In this document: one piece after another, positions 53,744 to 63,712 of the stretch
How positions within the stretch are numbered: position 1 is the first letter of the stretch
How the letters are laid out: each line of letters begins with the position of its first letter
Assembly (NCBI GenBank): GCA_002811645.1
Contig: PDIP01000041.1
Span: forward strand, 1-64,000
Reading direction: 5' to 3'
Length of the DNA stretch: 64,000 nt
Source: Corallochytrium limacisporum Hawaii
Taxonomy: Eukaryota; Protista; Pluriformea
Notes under the pieces: model-generated
Seen by the model: only the letters and a program-made list of their open reading frames with translations
What the model was told of the DNA's origin: nothing
The model's database searches: none
Made by a program: the position numbers and the translations under genes

Positions 53744-56700
53744 TTAACCGCATGCACTCATGCCAGTCCATTTGTCAGGGACCATCAAGAAGTACCGATC
53801 CATGGCCTCCCGGAAACGATTCATGTAGTTCACGGGAGAAATGACAGTGGGCAACTTGCCTACGCCACCGAGGATACCAGACGACTTGACCCACATCTCC
53901 ACCTTCTTATCCCACGTGAATGTGCGGATGTAGTCAATAATACCACACACGAGTTCGCCATTGGTCTCGTCAATACCGACCAAAAGGGAATAGTCCATAA
54001 CCTTTTGGCTACACAGGAACGATGTGTCGCTCAGGATGGCTTCGCGCAAGAGCACTTTCGCGTGGGACCGGAGGAAAATGGGCGATTCGTACAAGAACTC
54101 TAGAAGATTTTCATCCAACAACACATCCCTGTCCTTCTCGACGTATCTGGAGCGGAGGGATCCCTTTAGATCAAACTTCATACTAATTTGCCTGCCAAAG
54201 AACAGATTCTCCATCACGACTATGTCACGGGTCTCCACCTTACCTGTGGGACCGCGGGAGACCACGCGGAAGACACCTAGAATGCGTACCAGCAGGCTTG
54301 GCTTGTTCTCCTCTTCGATCTTTTCAATGTTCTTCAGATAATTGAAGGTCAGGTTCATCACGTACTGACGCTCAACCCAGCTCATTTCCTTCAGAATGAA
54401 GCGATCGTCAGCTGTCTTGCGGAATTCGCTGCCCGACTTGCCACCCTGTGTGCGCCATTTCTTCGGATTCCGTAGGGACCGCACGAAAGCATCCTCACCG
54501 CCATCGATGAGCTTCTCACGGAGTTTGTGAAAGGCACAGGCGAAGTAGGACTTACAGTAGAACGTCGTGCGCTTTTCTTTGTCCACAAAGGTGCTACGAA
54601 TGTGGACGTGTCGACCAATCTGTGGATCGCCACCCTCCTTGGACATCTGACCTTCCTCCATTTTATGCAGAGCAAAACTGCAGCCAGGACTCCATTTGCG
54701 GTGCTTAGTGCTGTCGTGTTGCTTGATCGGTGTCGAATCTCCACCTTTCTGGAATACCATACCCTCAACCACACGGTGTCGGTAGAGGTTGTCAGCAAGG
54801 GCGTATGCAATAACCGTAGACAATTCGTTGCTCTGCACCACTGCAGGTACAGCACCGTTCTGCTGCATGGAGAAATGACTTGTCGGTTTAAAGGGCGAAC
54901 GAATACTCTGGAAGGCGCTCCAGTATGACGCAGCTACTGCAGCAGCTGCCGCTGCCATGTTCATGGTGCTAGCCGTGCTCTGAGTGCGATGATGCTTGTT
55001 GATAGAAGTCGATGAAGAGCCGCGGACAGATGAGCGGTGGCGTTCCATCGTTCCACGCTTCTCGCCGACACCACTAGCGGTGATGTTCGAAACTGAACCG
55101 CGCGCGCTCCTGCCACCAAACATCGGTTCCCCTACAGAAATAGCAGAATGGCCATGGGGCAGTCCCAGGCGGGTGGGCGAGGAGCCGTTACTGTCATTAC
55201 TGTTGCGGTAGTCGAATACAGCGTCCTCTTCTCCAGAACCGAGGTCCGAGTCGCTGTGATCGCCACTGAACCAGAAGTGGTGGCCAGCCTTGCGAACATG
55301 TGGCCTGGACTCTAGCTCGCGCTCCATTGGAAAAGCGGAAGAAGACCGGGGACTGGCTGATACCGAATCCGGTGCGTTTGCGGCGGTTTCCCCGGTCATT
55401 CCTGGACCCAAGCTTTCTGACCGACTTAAAGCACCCACCACAGGCTTCGGCAGCAGGTTGGTGCCTGGCCTCGATCCAGTACCCTCATGCAGGTGCTTCT
55501 GCGACGGTTCACGGTCAGATGGCATGGTCATCCACGAATCGTGAGTATCACTGACGTACGACATGGATTCTAGTTCCGAGCCCAGCGTCGCGTCATTGCC
55601 TACTGTGAGCAGTCCTGGTGAGCGCACCTCCACATGGCCGCTGACGACTTCTTTGTCCTTGTCCTTGTCCTTATCCTTTTCTTTGTCCTTGTCCCTGTCC
55701 CTGTCCCTGTCTTTGTCTCTATCCTTTGCTTCGGAGGCCTTGCCTTTTGCAGAGCCTAGGTCCGAGCGCTTCGTGGTGCTGTTCACACGTGACCGCCCAA
55801 GAAAGCGTGCCTCATAGTGATTAACAAAGTCTGCGATTGTAGTATTCCAGAACCGTACCTGGGCCGCAATCGCGTACTTGGCCTTGATCAGAATGTCTTG
55901 GCTTAGCTCATCATCATCTTCCTGGATATCCTTCACAGCCTGGGTCCACAGCTCCATCTCTCCCTCCAGCTGATTTCGCGATTTTTCCAATTGCTCGTTC
56001 ATGTTGGCCACCTGGCCACTGATTTCCTCTGCACCGAACTGTGTGCCGAACGCACAATCGTCGACCTGAGCCAGACGACCCTCCACTTCCGCAAACAAAG
56101 CAGCAGCTGCATCGTTAAGCTCTTCCATTTCACTGACAGCAGTTTTCGCAAACGCTTCATTGTCGTACTCCTTGATGCCCATTACCATTGTGTCTGAAGG
56201 CAAAGAGATCTCCAAAAGGTCAAGGTTGCCCCTGTCAACCATGATTGTGGTGTTGTGTTTGATGAAATAGATTACATGCTCAAAGAAAACAGAATGAGTA
56301 CAGCCTGGTACGCGACATTGCAGTGACTCAGAGTACGTTGACAGCTCCAAGAACTTGCAGAACGACATGGTGAGAGTTTCCTGAGATGCAACCACAGCGG
56401 TACTGAAAGAATGGCATCGCTTGCAATAAGTTAGCATGAGCACATCGCCCCCTTCTGGCTGCCAACGAATGCGTTCAATCAGCACACTGATACGGAAGTT
56501 TCCATGCAAATAACTTTGCACATGCTGAGTAATGGGTAAGCCGCAGTCACTGCGAGGACACACAAACCTCCTGCTCACACAGCGATCGAGCCAATCACTG
56601 AGACGCTCATCGCCTTGGCCGTAATACTGGCAAGTCTTTTTGACTGGATCGATACACGGCCTAGTGCCTTGGGTGGTGCCCATGATGTACAAATACGAAA

Positions 56701-59700
56701 TCTGCTGATGAACCATCGGACTCAAGGCATTCGGGTACTTTTGTCGATTGTCGCTACTGGCCAACCACTCCGCTGTGGTCTCGGTGAGCTTGCTGTCCTC
56801 ACCGTCACCAACGCAGTCGCAATTATCACCCTTTGTACTATACAACTGGACCGGCAGGAACCGGTGACTGTCATTCGCCAGACCCCGATCAGTGTAGAGA
56901 TATGGCATGGGAAGGGTTGCAAACACAGAGCTGAGGACGCATGTTCGATAGAGAAGCCGTTTAAAGCGATGAGCTTCCGCCTGACGCTCTTGCTGTTTGT
57001 CCTGCTTGCTCTGCAGCGGATGGAGACTGACAGCATTTTCCACTTCAAACGGATTCGCAGTTATTTCAGCCAATGGGGTAAGCGGCATTCCTTGCTGTGG
57101 AGGAGCCCCATCCACAAACTCAAGATCAGGAATGGCACTGAAGCAGTCAAGCAAAAACCGTGACTCCAGGCGCAAATGATATGCAATCCCGATCAAGAAG
57201 TCTAGCACAGATCTCACGTACACAAGGCGCTCAGAATCCTCGTCACATAACACTACACTGCAGCCTCGAGCTGCTTCAAATCCGACAAAATATGCCAAGG
57301 ACTGATGCAAGGTTCCTGTTCGATAATCTCGCACATAGAAGTGCGGACAGTGCTTCAGTTGGGCATCGATGTCCAGTTCATCGATATCATGGTGAATGTG
57401 TGTTTGCAGCAGGTGCGCCAATTGCTCCATATCTCTTTGATTGACGTTGTGAATAAGAGTAATGCCTACTGCTAATAGCATTTGCTGGGCAACTCTGCTC
57501 ACAACGTGCTTCGAGACGACCACATCAGGCTCTTGGTCGGCAATTCTGGTTACCAAATAGCTTAGGTATATCTCTTCCTCCTTCAATACATAGTCAAGAG
57601 GGACAATATCACCACTTTTCTTGGGGCCTTTGTACTCAACCTCGAAATCAATCAGGAGCACCTTGGCATCCGCAACATCGCTGCGCATTCGCCGATGAAC
57701 AACATGCCGACTGATGACCAACCCATAAGCGTGATGGCTTTGAAACTTCGGAACTCCTAACACAGTCTTCAAATGTACATAGAACCTGGGATCAATAGTT
57801 GAAGACTGCTTGGAAGGGCGCAGAGTCTCAGCGATGCGAATCAGGATTCCTTGCATGAGTTCAACCCATTCATCATCCTTGAGGAGCTGCATGGTCATGT
57901 TCCTCAGGTATTGTTGTGCATACTTACGAGCCTTCTTGAGCAATGCGGCCCGCTGATTCTTGTTCCCGGATGTGAGTTGCTGCTTATCAGTTGGCTTTCC
58001 TCCGGCTTCAGCGGGCATTGCATTGCCGAAGTCTTCAAGAGATTTACGTGCCTTTTTCAATGCGTGATAGTCCTCGCGAGACAGAATTACTTCCTTCCGC
58101 TTCACTCGAATACTATTGACGTTCCAACGCCACCGCTTTTTGTCCATTTTCTTTTTGTCACCAGTGCTCGTCTGAGGCACTGGCATTGCGTGGCCGGCCT
58201 CATTAATTTCGCTTTCGCATTCACTGTCGCCATCCCCACCACCAGAAGTATCAAGCATGGAGTTCAATTTCATCTGCACATCTGTGTCTACAGACAGTGC
58301 GTCATTGCCTGTGTCGTTGCCGGTGTCATTTGCTGTCTCGCCATCATCCGTTTGCAAGTCCCACACATTTGGCTTAGAGTCATCTCTGGCTGGGTCTGTG
58401 GTCTGATTGCCCCCTTGGATTCCCTCGGGGGTCCTAGTAGTCTTCTCCACAGTCCCATCGACTTCAGGAGTTTCCTCAGTCCCGATTGATGTCACCTGTG
58501 GTGTTGCGCCACGAGATGTGGAGGTGCTCCCTTGCGGCTCTGGCTTTTGCAAGATCGTCCTACTCACCTGTGGGTTGACAGGGGCCTGTTCATTCTCAGC
58601 ATTGAGAATTTGCTGCATCCAGATCGGCGCAGCACCATCGTCCGGGATGTTATCGTCCTCAATCTCATCAAAACCAAGCTCGTCAATTTTCTCTTGATCG
58701 AAAGCCCACAACTCGTACTCATCTTCAAAACGGTCCCTTTCTGCCTCTTCGTCCTCACTTTCCTCATCTGCTGGTGCGGATGCACCACAGATGAAATAGA
58801 CTGTATCGTAATCTGCCAGCACCCGCATCAACGAGATGGCAGTATCCCGATCCTCCGCGTAGCCATTCCAAAGAAGCCAATCAACTGCTTTTGACGCAAC
58901 AAAAGTACCTGGGTACTCGACCATGCGATATCTATGCGTCTTGACTTCGAGCGCATGGGCACTCTTGGACATTGCCCAACAAAGTTGATGGATACTGCGT
59001 CGGCGCTCAAGCTCATCGGCTTCATGTTGACTGATCATTTTTGTCAGAACATTTCCTGAGATTCCTGGGTTTGGCAAATCAGGAATACTCATATCTTTCA
59101 GCTCACCGCGTTCCTGTACAGTGGTGAGGTAGGTCCTGACAGCGTGACTACACCAATTGCAAATGCGAATACTAAAGGCTGGTGCTTCCGGTCCAAAATC
59201 TGAACCATTCAGGTATTGGGAGCAGCATCGCCAACAAAAGACTAATCCACACAGTCTACAATGGTGACGACGCCGGAATGTTGTAAATGTAGCCTGGCAG
59301 TCATTGCAGCACTCCGTCTGATAGTCGGGCATCCAATAGCTTTTATCAAGCATCTCTGACTCGCCACCCAGGTAGGTGCGGAGTCGCTCAATGACCTTGA
59401 CATGACTCCGCGACGACTGTGTTGACATCTCTGGTGGTTCGTCGGTGGAAGCCAAAGTGGTGAGACCAGCAGCTTCCGCCACATCTGAACCTGAAGGTGC
59501 GAGGGCCGCCCCACCATTCCTGATTTTACCGGCGGACATACTTCCTGTCACAAATGAAGCCCGCGGAATCCGTGGAGAGGGTGATCCCGCATTGTTTCTC
59601 GAACTGGGCACCAAGGGTGGCCGAAGACTGCTACTGAGTGCCCGTTCCGGTTCCTTGCCCTTACTACGGAGAGGTGAATGTCCCTCTGACATTCGTTCAG

Positions 59701-60238
59701 TATCGGTCATGAGCTGTACGAATGATGGAACACTGAACGTGCGAGATTCTCGAAGAGATCGAGTTGATCCCCAATCTTCGGAGGATAGATTCGGTAATCT
59801 AGGGCGTGAACGGCGCCTTAGAACTCCGTCTGCAATACTTGTCGGTGCATTGTGATCTTGAGGAATGCTCTCTGCCGAGTCGTTGAGCGCCGTCCGACTT
59901 CCCACCGTTTGCTGTGAGCCTGTTAGTCGTCCAGGTGATTCTTTCTTTTCTGGAACACCTCGTCCACCTATAAGCCAGTCCCAGCCACTGGATGGTTGTA
60001 CCGGTGACCCTTGTCCCGTTGGTTTGGTAGGTGAGCTAGGTTGCTGTTGTCCCAAAGTCAATACATCCTTAAATGCTTGTTCTATTCGAATTCCAAATGT
60101 ACGAAACCCTTCAACTATCCCTTCTCCAAATGCTTTCGCACTTCCCGAGTCTGGTTCAGCATCTGCGGGACTGTCCACGAGAGGACCAAACGTCGTCAAT
60201 TGACGCGACGTATCTCTTGATAGTGCAAGTCGACTCAT
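53744..60238 (-). CDS. PIKFYVE: 1-phosphatidylinositol-3-phosphate 5-kinase (FYVE-DEP-CCT-like-PIP5K)
   Basis: YWMPD...RRRHHCRLCG FYVE, DEP (HRYR...YP.TFV....VDWL), chaperonin-like domain, C/H-rich region, GGKSG, FDLKGS, MDYSLLVG, GIIDYIRTFTWDKK. Confidence 0.97.
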   Translation of the reverse strand: MSRLALSRDTSRQLTTFGPLVDSPADAEPDSGSAKAFGEGIVEGFRTFGIRIEQAFKDVLTLGQQQPSSPTKPTGQGSPVQPSSGWDWLIGGRGVPEKKESPGRLTGSQQTVGSRTALNDSAESIPQDHNAPTSIADGVLRRRSRPRLPNLSSEDWGSTRSLRESRTFSVPSFVQLMTDTERMSEGHSPLRSKGKEPERALSSSLRPPLVPSSRNNAGSPSPRIPRASFVTGSMSAGKIRNGGAALAPSGSDVAEAAGLTTLASTDEPPEMSTQSSRSHVKVIERLRTYLGGESEMLDKSYWMPDYQTECCNDCQATFTTFRRRHHCRLCGLVFCWRCCSQYLNGSDFGPEAPAFSIRICNWCSHAVRTYLTTVQERGELKDMSIPDLPNPGISGNVLTKMISQHEADELERRRSIHQLCWAMSKSAHALEVKTHRYRMVEYPGTFVASKAVDWLLWNGYAEDRDTAISLMRVLADYDTVYFICGASAPADEESEDEEAERDRFEDEYELWAFDQEKIDELGFDEIEDDNIPDDGAAPIWMQQILNAENEQAPVNPQVSRTILQKPEPQGSTSTSRGATPQVTSIGTEETPEVDGTVEKTTRTPEGIQGGNQTTDPARDDSKPNVWDLQTDDGETANDTGNDTGNDALSVDTDVQMKLNSMLDTSGGGDGDSECESEINEAGHAMPVPQTSTGDKKKMDKKRWRWNVNSIRVKRKEVILSREDYHALKKARKSLEDFGNAMPAEAGGKPTDKQQLTSGNKNQRAALLKKARKYAQQYLRNMTMQLLKDDEWVELMQGILIRIAETLRPSKQSSTIDPRFYVHLKTVLGVPKFQSHHAYGLVISRHVVHRRMRSDVADAKVLLIDFEVEYKGPKKSGDIVPLDYVLKEEEIYLSYLVTRIADQEPDVVVSKHVVSRVAQQMLLAVGITLIHNVNQRDMEQLAHLLQTHIHHDIDELDIDAQLKHCPHFYVRDYRTGTLHQSLAYFVGFEAARGCSVVLCDEDSERLVYVRSVLDFLIGIAYHLRLESRFLLDCFSAIPDLEFVDGAPPQQGMPLTPLAEITANPFEVENAVSLHPLQSKQDKQQERQAEAHRFKRLLYRTCVLSSVFATLPMPYLYTDRGLANDSHRFLPVQLYSTKGDNCDCVGDGEDSKLTETTAEWLASSDNRQKYPNALSPMVHQQISYLYIMGTTQGTRPCIDPVKKTCQYYGQGDERLSDWLDRCVSRRFVCPRSDCGLPITQHVQSYLHGNFRISVLIERIRWQPEGGDVLMLTYCKRCHSFSTAVVASQETLTMSFCKFLELSTYSESLQCRVPGCTHSVFFEHVIYFIKHNTTIMVDRGNLDLLEISLPSDTMVMGIKEYDNEAFAKTAVSEMEELNDAAAALFAEVEGRLAQVDDCAFGTQFGAEEISGQVANMNEQLEKSRNQLEGEMELWTQAVKDIQEDDDELSQDILIKAKYAIAAQVRFWNTTIADFVNHYEARFLGRSRVNSTTKRSDLGSAKGKASEAKDRDKDRDRDRDKDKEKDKDKDKDKEVVSGHVEVRSPGLLTVGNDATLGSELESMSYVSDTHDSWMTMPSDREPSQKHLHEGTGSRPGTNLLPKPVVGALSRSESLGPGMTGETAANAPDSVSASPRSSSAFPMERELESRPHVRKAGHHFWFSGDHSDSDLGSGEEDAVFDYRNSNDSNGSSPTRLGLPHGHSAISVGEPMFGGRSARGSVSNITASGVGEKRGTMERHRSSVRGSSSTSINKHHRTQSTASTMNMAAAAAAVAASYWSAFQSIRSPFKPTSHFSMQQNGAVPAVVQSNELSTVIAYALADNLYRHRVVEGMVFQKGGDSTPIKQHDSTKHRKWSPGCSFALHKMEEGQMSKEGGDPQIGRHVHIRSTFVDKEKRTTFYCKSYFACAFHKLREKLIDGGEDAFVRSLRNPKKWRTQGGKSGSEFRKTADDRFILKEMSWVERQYVMNLTFNYLKNIEKIEEENKPSLLVRILGVFRVVSRGPTGKVETRDIVVMENLFFGRQISMKFDLKGSLRSRYVEKDRDVLLDENLLEFLYESPIFLRSHAKVLLREAILSDTSFLCSQKVMDYSLLVGIDETNGELVCGIIDYIRTFTWDKKVEMWVKSSGILGGVGKLPTVISPVNYMNRFREAMDRYFLMVPDKWTGMSACG

Positions 60239-60638
60239 CGCCCTGATTAAACTTCAAGGAAATGCCCTTGACATCTTCGTTCACGTCATTCTGATTAGTT
60301 ATTCGCCCAAAACATATGGCACTCAAATCTACACCTGTCAACACCGCTGTTTCACTCCGGAATAATTACATTGGAATGTCTTTTATACTCTACGTGAGGC
60401 CACCCGCTGCCGAGAGTGAGGCGAGCGAGCGGGGTGAGGAGGGGTAGGGCTTGTCCCTCAGAAAAACAGCCACTCAGCTCTGTGTCTTCCCAACGAGAAT
60501 CTTCTTCGGCGTACATACCCACCGCCTGCCCTGCTCCTCAATTGGACTAGAAATGGTCTGACTGGAACCTTGTTCAGAAGTGCAGAGGGTTTGGGGGGGG
60601 GGAGGGAAATTCACGGAGGGGATAAGGACGGGAGCGGG

Positions 60639-60648
60639 TTTTGGCGCG
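60639..60648 (+). promoter_or_regulatory. E2F-like site TTTTGGCGCG upstream of the 60791 gene
   Basis: Matches TTTSSCGC. Confidence 0.4.
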
Positions 60649-60790
60649 GATACCTGCTGTGCGCAGCTACTTGGTGACAAAGGTGTCACACAGTGTGTTG
60701 GGCGTAACAAGGTCCTGCGGATGAGGCGGATTGTAGACTAGACAAAAGCCAGTCAGGCGAGTAAAACACTGTAATGGTGTCACTAAGAAA

Positions 60791-62455
60791 ATGAGACAAT
60801 CAAGTTGGACAGGGTGCTCATGGCAGTCGTCATTGAAGCATGCGGAATGGACCCATGGTCCAAAACCACTCGATGCGACCAATGAATCCCATCGGGATCT
60901 CTTTTCACGGATAAACGTCAGACCAGAACATCCTTTTCCACTCTCGATATTTATATCTGGGGACTGTGCATCAGCGGGCGATGAGAGTGAAAAGTCCGCC
61001 AATTTGGCACGGAAGGAACCAGCAGAGTGTGCTGCGACAGACAATGCGACAGTACACCCAAACGACATCACGATGGAATCCAATCATGGCTCGCTCACAA
61101 TGACTTCTGAGGATCTTCCACGGCACACTGATCCAGGCAGAACACATCAACATAGCGACCTCCAGGCCCATGTTGAGAAAGACGGAGTTGGTGTTGAAGA
61201 ACATATATCGCGACATATTGATCGGTTCCGCATTAATGACGTCGTCAATGGCATTGAACAGATCCAGGAGCAAGCGAGAGTTCAAGCAGCCGAGACCAAA
61301 CAGACCTGGGAAAGAATTAAAAATCAGAGTGACAGCACGGCTGACGTCCGTCAGGTCTTGGAAGAAGTGGTAACCAAGCTTGGTAACTTGGATTCCTTGG
61401 TAGAAACAGTACTGCGTCTGGGAATACAACAGCAGGAATCCACGGAAGCAGGTGCGGAAAGAGGTGTAGCTTCAGTTGAAGACAGTGTGGTGCCGACCAA
61501 TGTTGTTGTAGGACAGAAGAATGCGATTGCTGAATTACAAAGATCCGTATGCTCCGCAACGTCACACACCACAGAAATCGCTTCACCATCCAAAGGATAC
61601 GTTGGAGCAGCGCCTCCGGGTGAAGTCGCAGACTACGCCACCCGAGTGCAAGTAAGGTCACTACGCACGGCAAATGAGACCCTTCAGAAGAGCGCAATAT
61701 TCCTTAAAGTGCTGGATCATGAGAGTCGTAAGCAGCGTCTTGGCAAAGAGCAAATCGAGGTCATGGAAGAACTACGTCGGCGCCAGTACATGTATTACGC
61801 TAAGCACACTTCAGCACTGTGGGAGCGTGACTGGCAAGAGCACCTGGCGCTTGATGTGAAGGATGTGACTGAACGACTGAATGCTCGCCTTGACTACGAT
61901 CTGCCGCATATCGATTTCGACAACCCAGATGAACACCCACGCGTGCGTGCTCCCGCACTCGATGCAGATGCGCAGGGCATGATGGTCGCAAGCTGGTTGA
62001 ATCAACGCACAATGGCTAATGAAATAGGAAAAAGACACAATGAAGAGGCCTTGCTTTCGAAGCAAAAGGGAATATTGGGCAGATTGCAGAGGATTTCACA
62101 AGAGGAGGGAGAAATTAAGCGCATGCAGCAAGGACTCCTGAAGTTGGAGGAAGTGGCGCGCTCAAAAAGAGAAGAGGATAAAGCAATAACCGAGCTCAGC
62201 AAGAAGCCGACTCGGGGTGATGCTCCCGTGTACGATGCTCTTGTAGGGCATGAGAACTTTATTGAAGCAGCAAAGGAAATCGAGGACCAGCACATCCCGG
62301 GTGAGCCTGCCAATGTCCCAGATGCGTCGGAAGTGGCAGAGGTGATTCAGGAAGAGTTCTCTGCCATACAGAACAGGCTGAAGTTAGAGGATGAGCTCCA
62401 TTTTGAGGATGTGGATGAAGCCTTCGCAGATTTTGATGAATTCCAAGTTTTATAA
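60791..62455 (+). CDS. Hypothetical coiled-coil protein with acidic C-terminus
   Basis: 554 aa ORF with several predicted coiled-coil segments; no family recognised; the true start may be a later ATG. Confidence 0.75.
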   Translation: MRQSSWTGCSWQSSLKHAEWTHGPKPLDATNESHRDLFSRINVRPEHPFPLSIFISGDCASAGDESEKSANLARKEPAECAATDNATVHPNDITMESNHGSLTMTSEDLPRHTDPGRTHQHSDLQAHVEKDGVGVEEHISRHIDRFRINDVVNGIEQIQEQARVQAAETKQTWERIKNQSDSTADVRQVLEEVVTKLGNLDSLVETVLRLGIQQQESTEAGAERGVASVEDSVVPTNVVVGQKNAIAELQRSVCSATSHTTEIASPSKGYVGAAPPGEVADYATRVQVRSLRTANETLQKSAIFLKVLDHESRKQRLGKEQIEVMEELRRRQYMYYAKHTSALWERDWQEHLALDVKDVTERLNARLDYDLPHIDFDNPDEHPRVRAPALDADAQGMMVASWLNQRTMANEIGKRHNEEALLSKQKGILGRLQRISQEEGEIKRMQQGLLKLEEVARSKREEDKAITELSKKPTRGDAPVYDALVGHENFIEAAKEIEDQHIPGEPANVPDASEVAEVIQEEFSAIQNRLKLEDELHFEDVDEAFADFDEFQVL

Positions 62456-62470
62456 TTACAAAGTATTTTG

Positions 62471-63712
62471 TTACTGGAACAATGGCAGTTCCTGAAGCTG
62501 TTCTACCGTAATCCGTCCTGCAGGATCCCGAACGAGCATTTGGCGTAGTGCATTGTTCCAGTCTCCTTCAATGTCGTTTGGGAACTGGGGGATCTCCTTG
62601 CTCATACCTATATGAAAAAGTGCAGCCATCGGCTCCAATTTATACCAAGGCGGCTTCCCAGTCATCATTTCGATTACAGTGCAACCCAAAGACCAGACGT
62701 CAGTCCGACGCCCGTATCCAGCACCAAGGACCATCTCCGGACTCATCCAATATGGTGTGCCGATACTAGTTTTGGCATTCAGTGTGGATGGCTTCGATAC
62801 GCTCTGAATCATGGTCGATGCCCCAAAGTCGCCTAATTTGGCACTACCTTGCATGTCCATTAGAATATTGGCACATTTGACATCCCTATGGATAATATGG
62901 TGGCAATGCAAGTAGTCCAAGCCTCTCAGGACATCGGAAGTGATCCTCTGAATAGTAGCTAGGTTGAGGGGACCTGCCTTCAGCATTGATCCAACACTAC
63001 CGTGTTCCATATACTCCATTTGAATGTGAACCTCTTCATCCTTGAAGCAGATCCCAAAGCAGTGAATGATGTTCCGGTGTCGAAGGCTTTGCATCAACGT
63101 AATTTCTATGGCTATCCGCTGCAGTGTCCCCAACGTCTCTGCCCCGGAGGACTGCGTGGTCCTTTCATCGTTATTGCAAATCGAGCTAGCATACGTGTTC
63201 GAAAGTGCAGACAAACTTGCAAGCTGTCCCTGCAGCTCATGGGCCTGTGGGCCAATATGCACAATTTTGCTGGCAAATTCCGTCTGCTGCTTGTTGTCGA
63301 CACATAGCCACACCTCACCAAATCCGCCAGCGCCAATGCGGCGAACAGTCGTCCAACTGTCGATGTAGTTCCTATTGTGCAGAGCCTTGGCTTGTTCTAC
63401 AGTCGAGGTATCTGGCTGCGTTACACAGTGATTCAGAACAGACTCAGAGAGATGCTTCTTCAGTTCCACTTGCTTCTCATTTTCGGTGAGAATCTGATCA
63501 GCAAGCGCCTCTTGGTCCGCGTGTCTGAGAAAAATACATTGAAGAGAGTCTAATTCTAGAGGCACGACAGATCCCGAACGGTCACGGCTAGGCTTTATCT
63601 GACAAGGATTGATATCTTCCACCTTGGGCATACGTTTGTTCGCCCGTCCCTCATGGTACGCGGCTGCGGCGTTGCGTTCGGCCAGGGCATGATCCGTGAA
63701 TTCTGGGGTCAT
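62471..63712 (-). CDS. STE11-family MAP kinase kinase kinase (MEKK2/3 or MAP3K19-like catalytic domain)
   Basis: GAGGFG, ASK, HRDVKCAN, DFG, GTPYWMSPE...G.GYGRR.DVWSLGCTV.EM.TGKPPW...E.MAALF.I. Confidence 0.9.
   Translation of the reverse strand: MTPEFTDHALAERNAAAAYHEGRANKRMPKVEDINPCQIKPSRDRSGSVVPLELDSLQCIFLRHADQEALADQILTENEKQVELKKHLSESVLNHCVTQPDTSTVEQAKALHNRNYIDSWTTVRRIGAGGFGEVWLCVDNKQQTEFASKIVHIGPQAHELQGQLASLSALSNTYASSICNNDERTTQSSGAETLGTLQRIAIEITLMQSLRHRNIIHCFGICFKDEEVHIQMEYMEHGSVGSMLKAGPLNLATIQRITSDVLRGLDYLHCHHIIHRDVKCANILMDMQGSAKLGDFGASTMIQSVSKPSTLNAKTSIGTPYWMSPEMVLGAGYGRRTDVWSLGCTVIEMMTGKPPWYKLEPMAALFHIGMSKEIPQFPNDIEGDWNNALRQMLVRDPAGRITVEQLQELPLFQ

Noticed and set aside
55650-55730. Hexamer repeat in PIKfyve
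   Set aside because: Ordinary coding KD/RD linker expansion.
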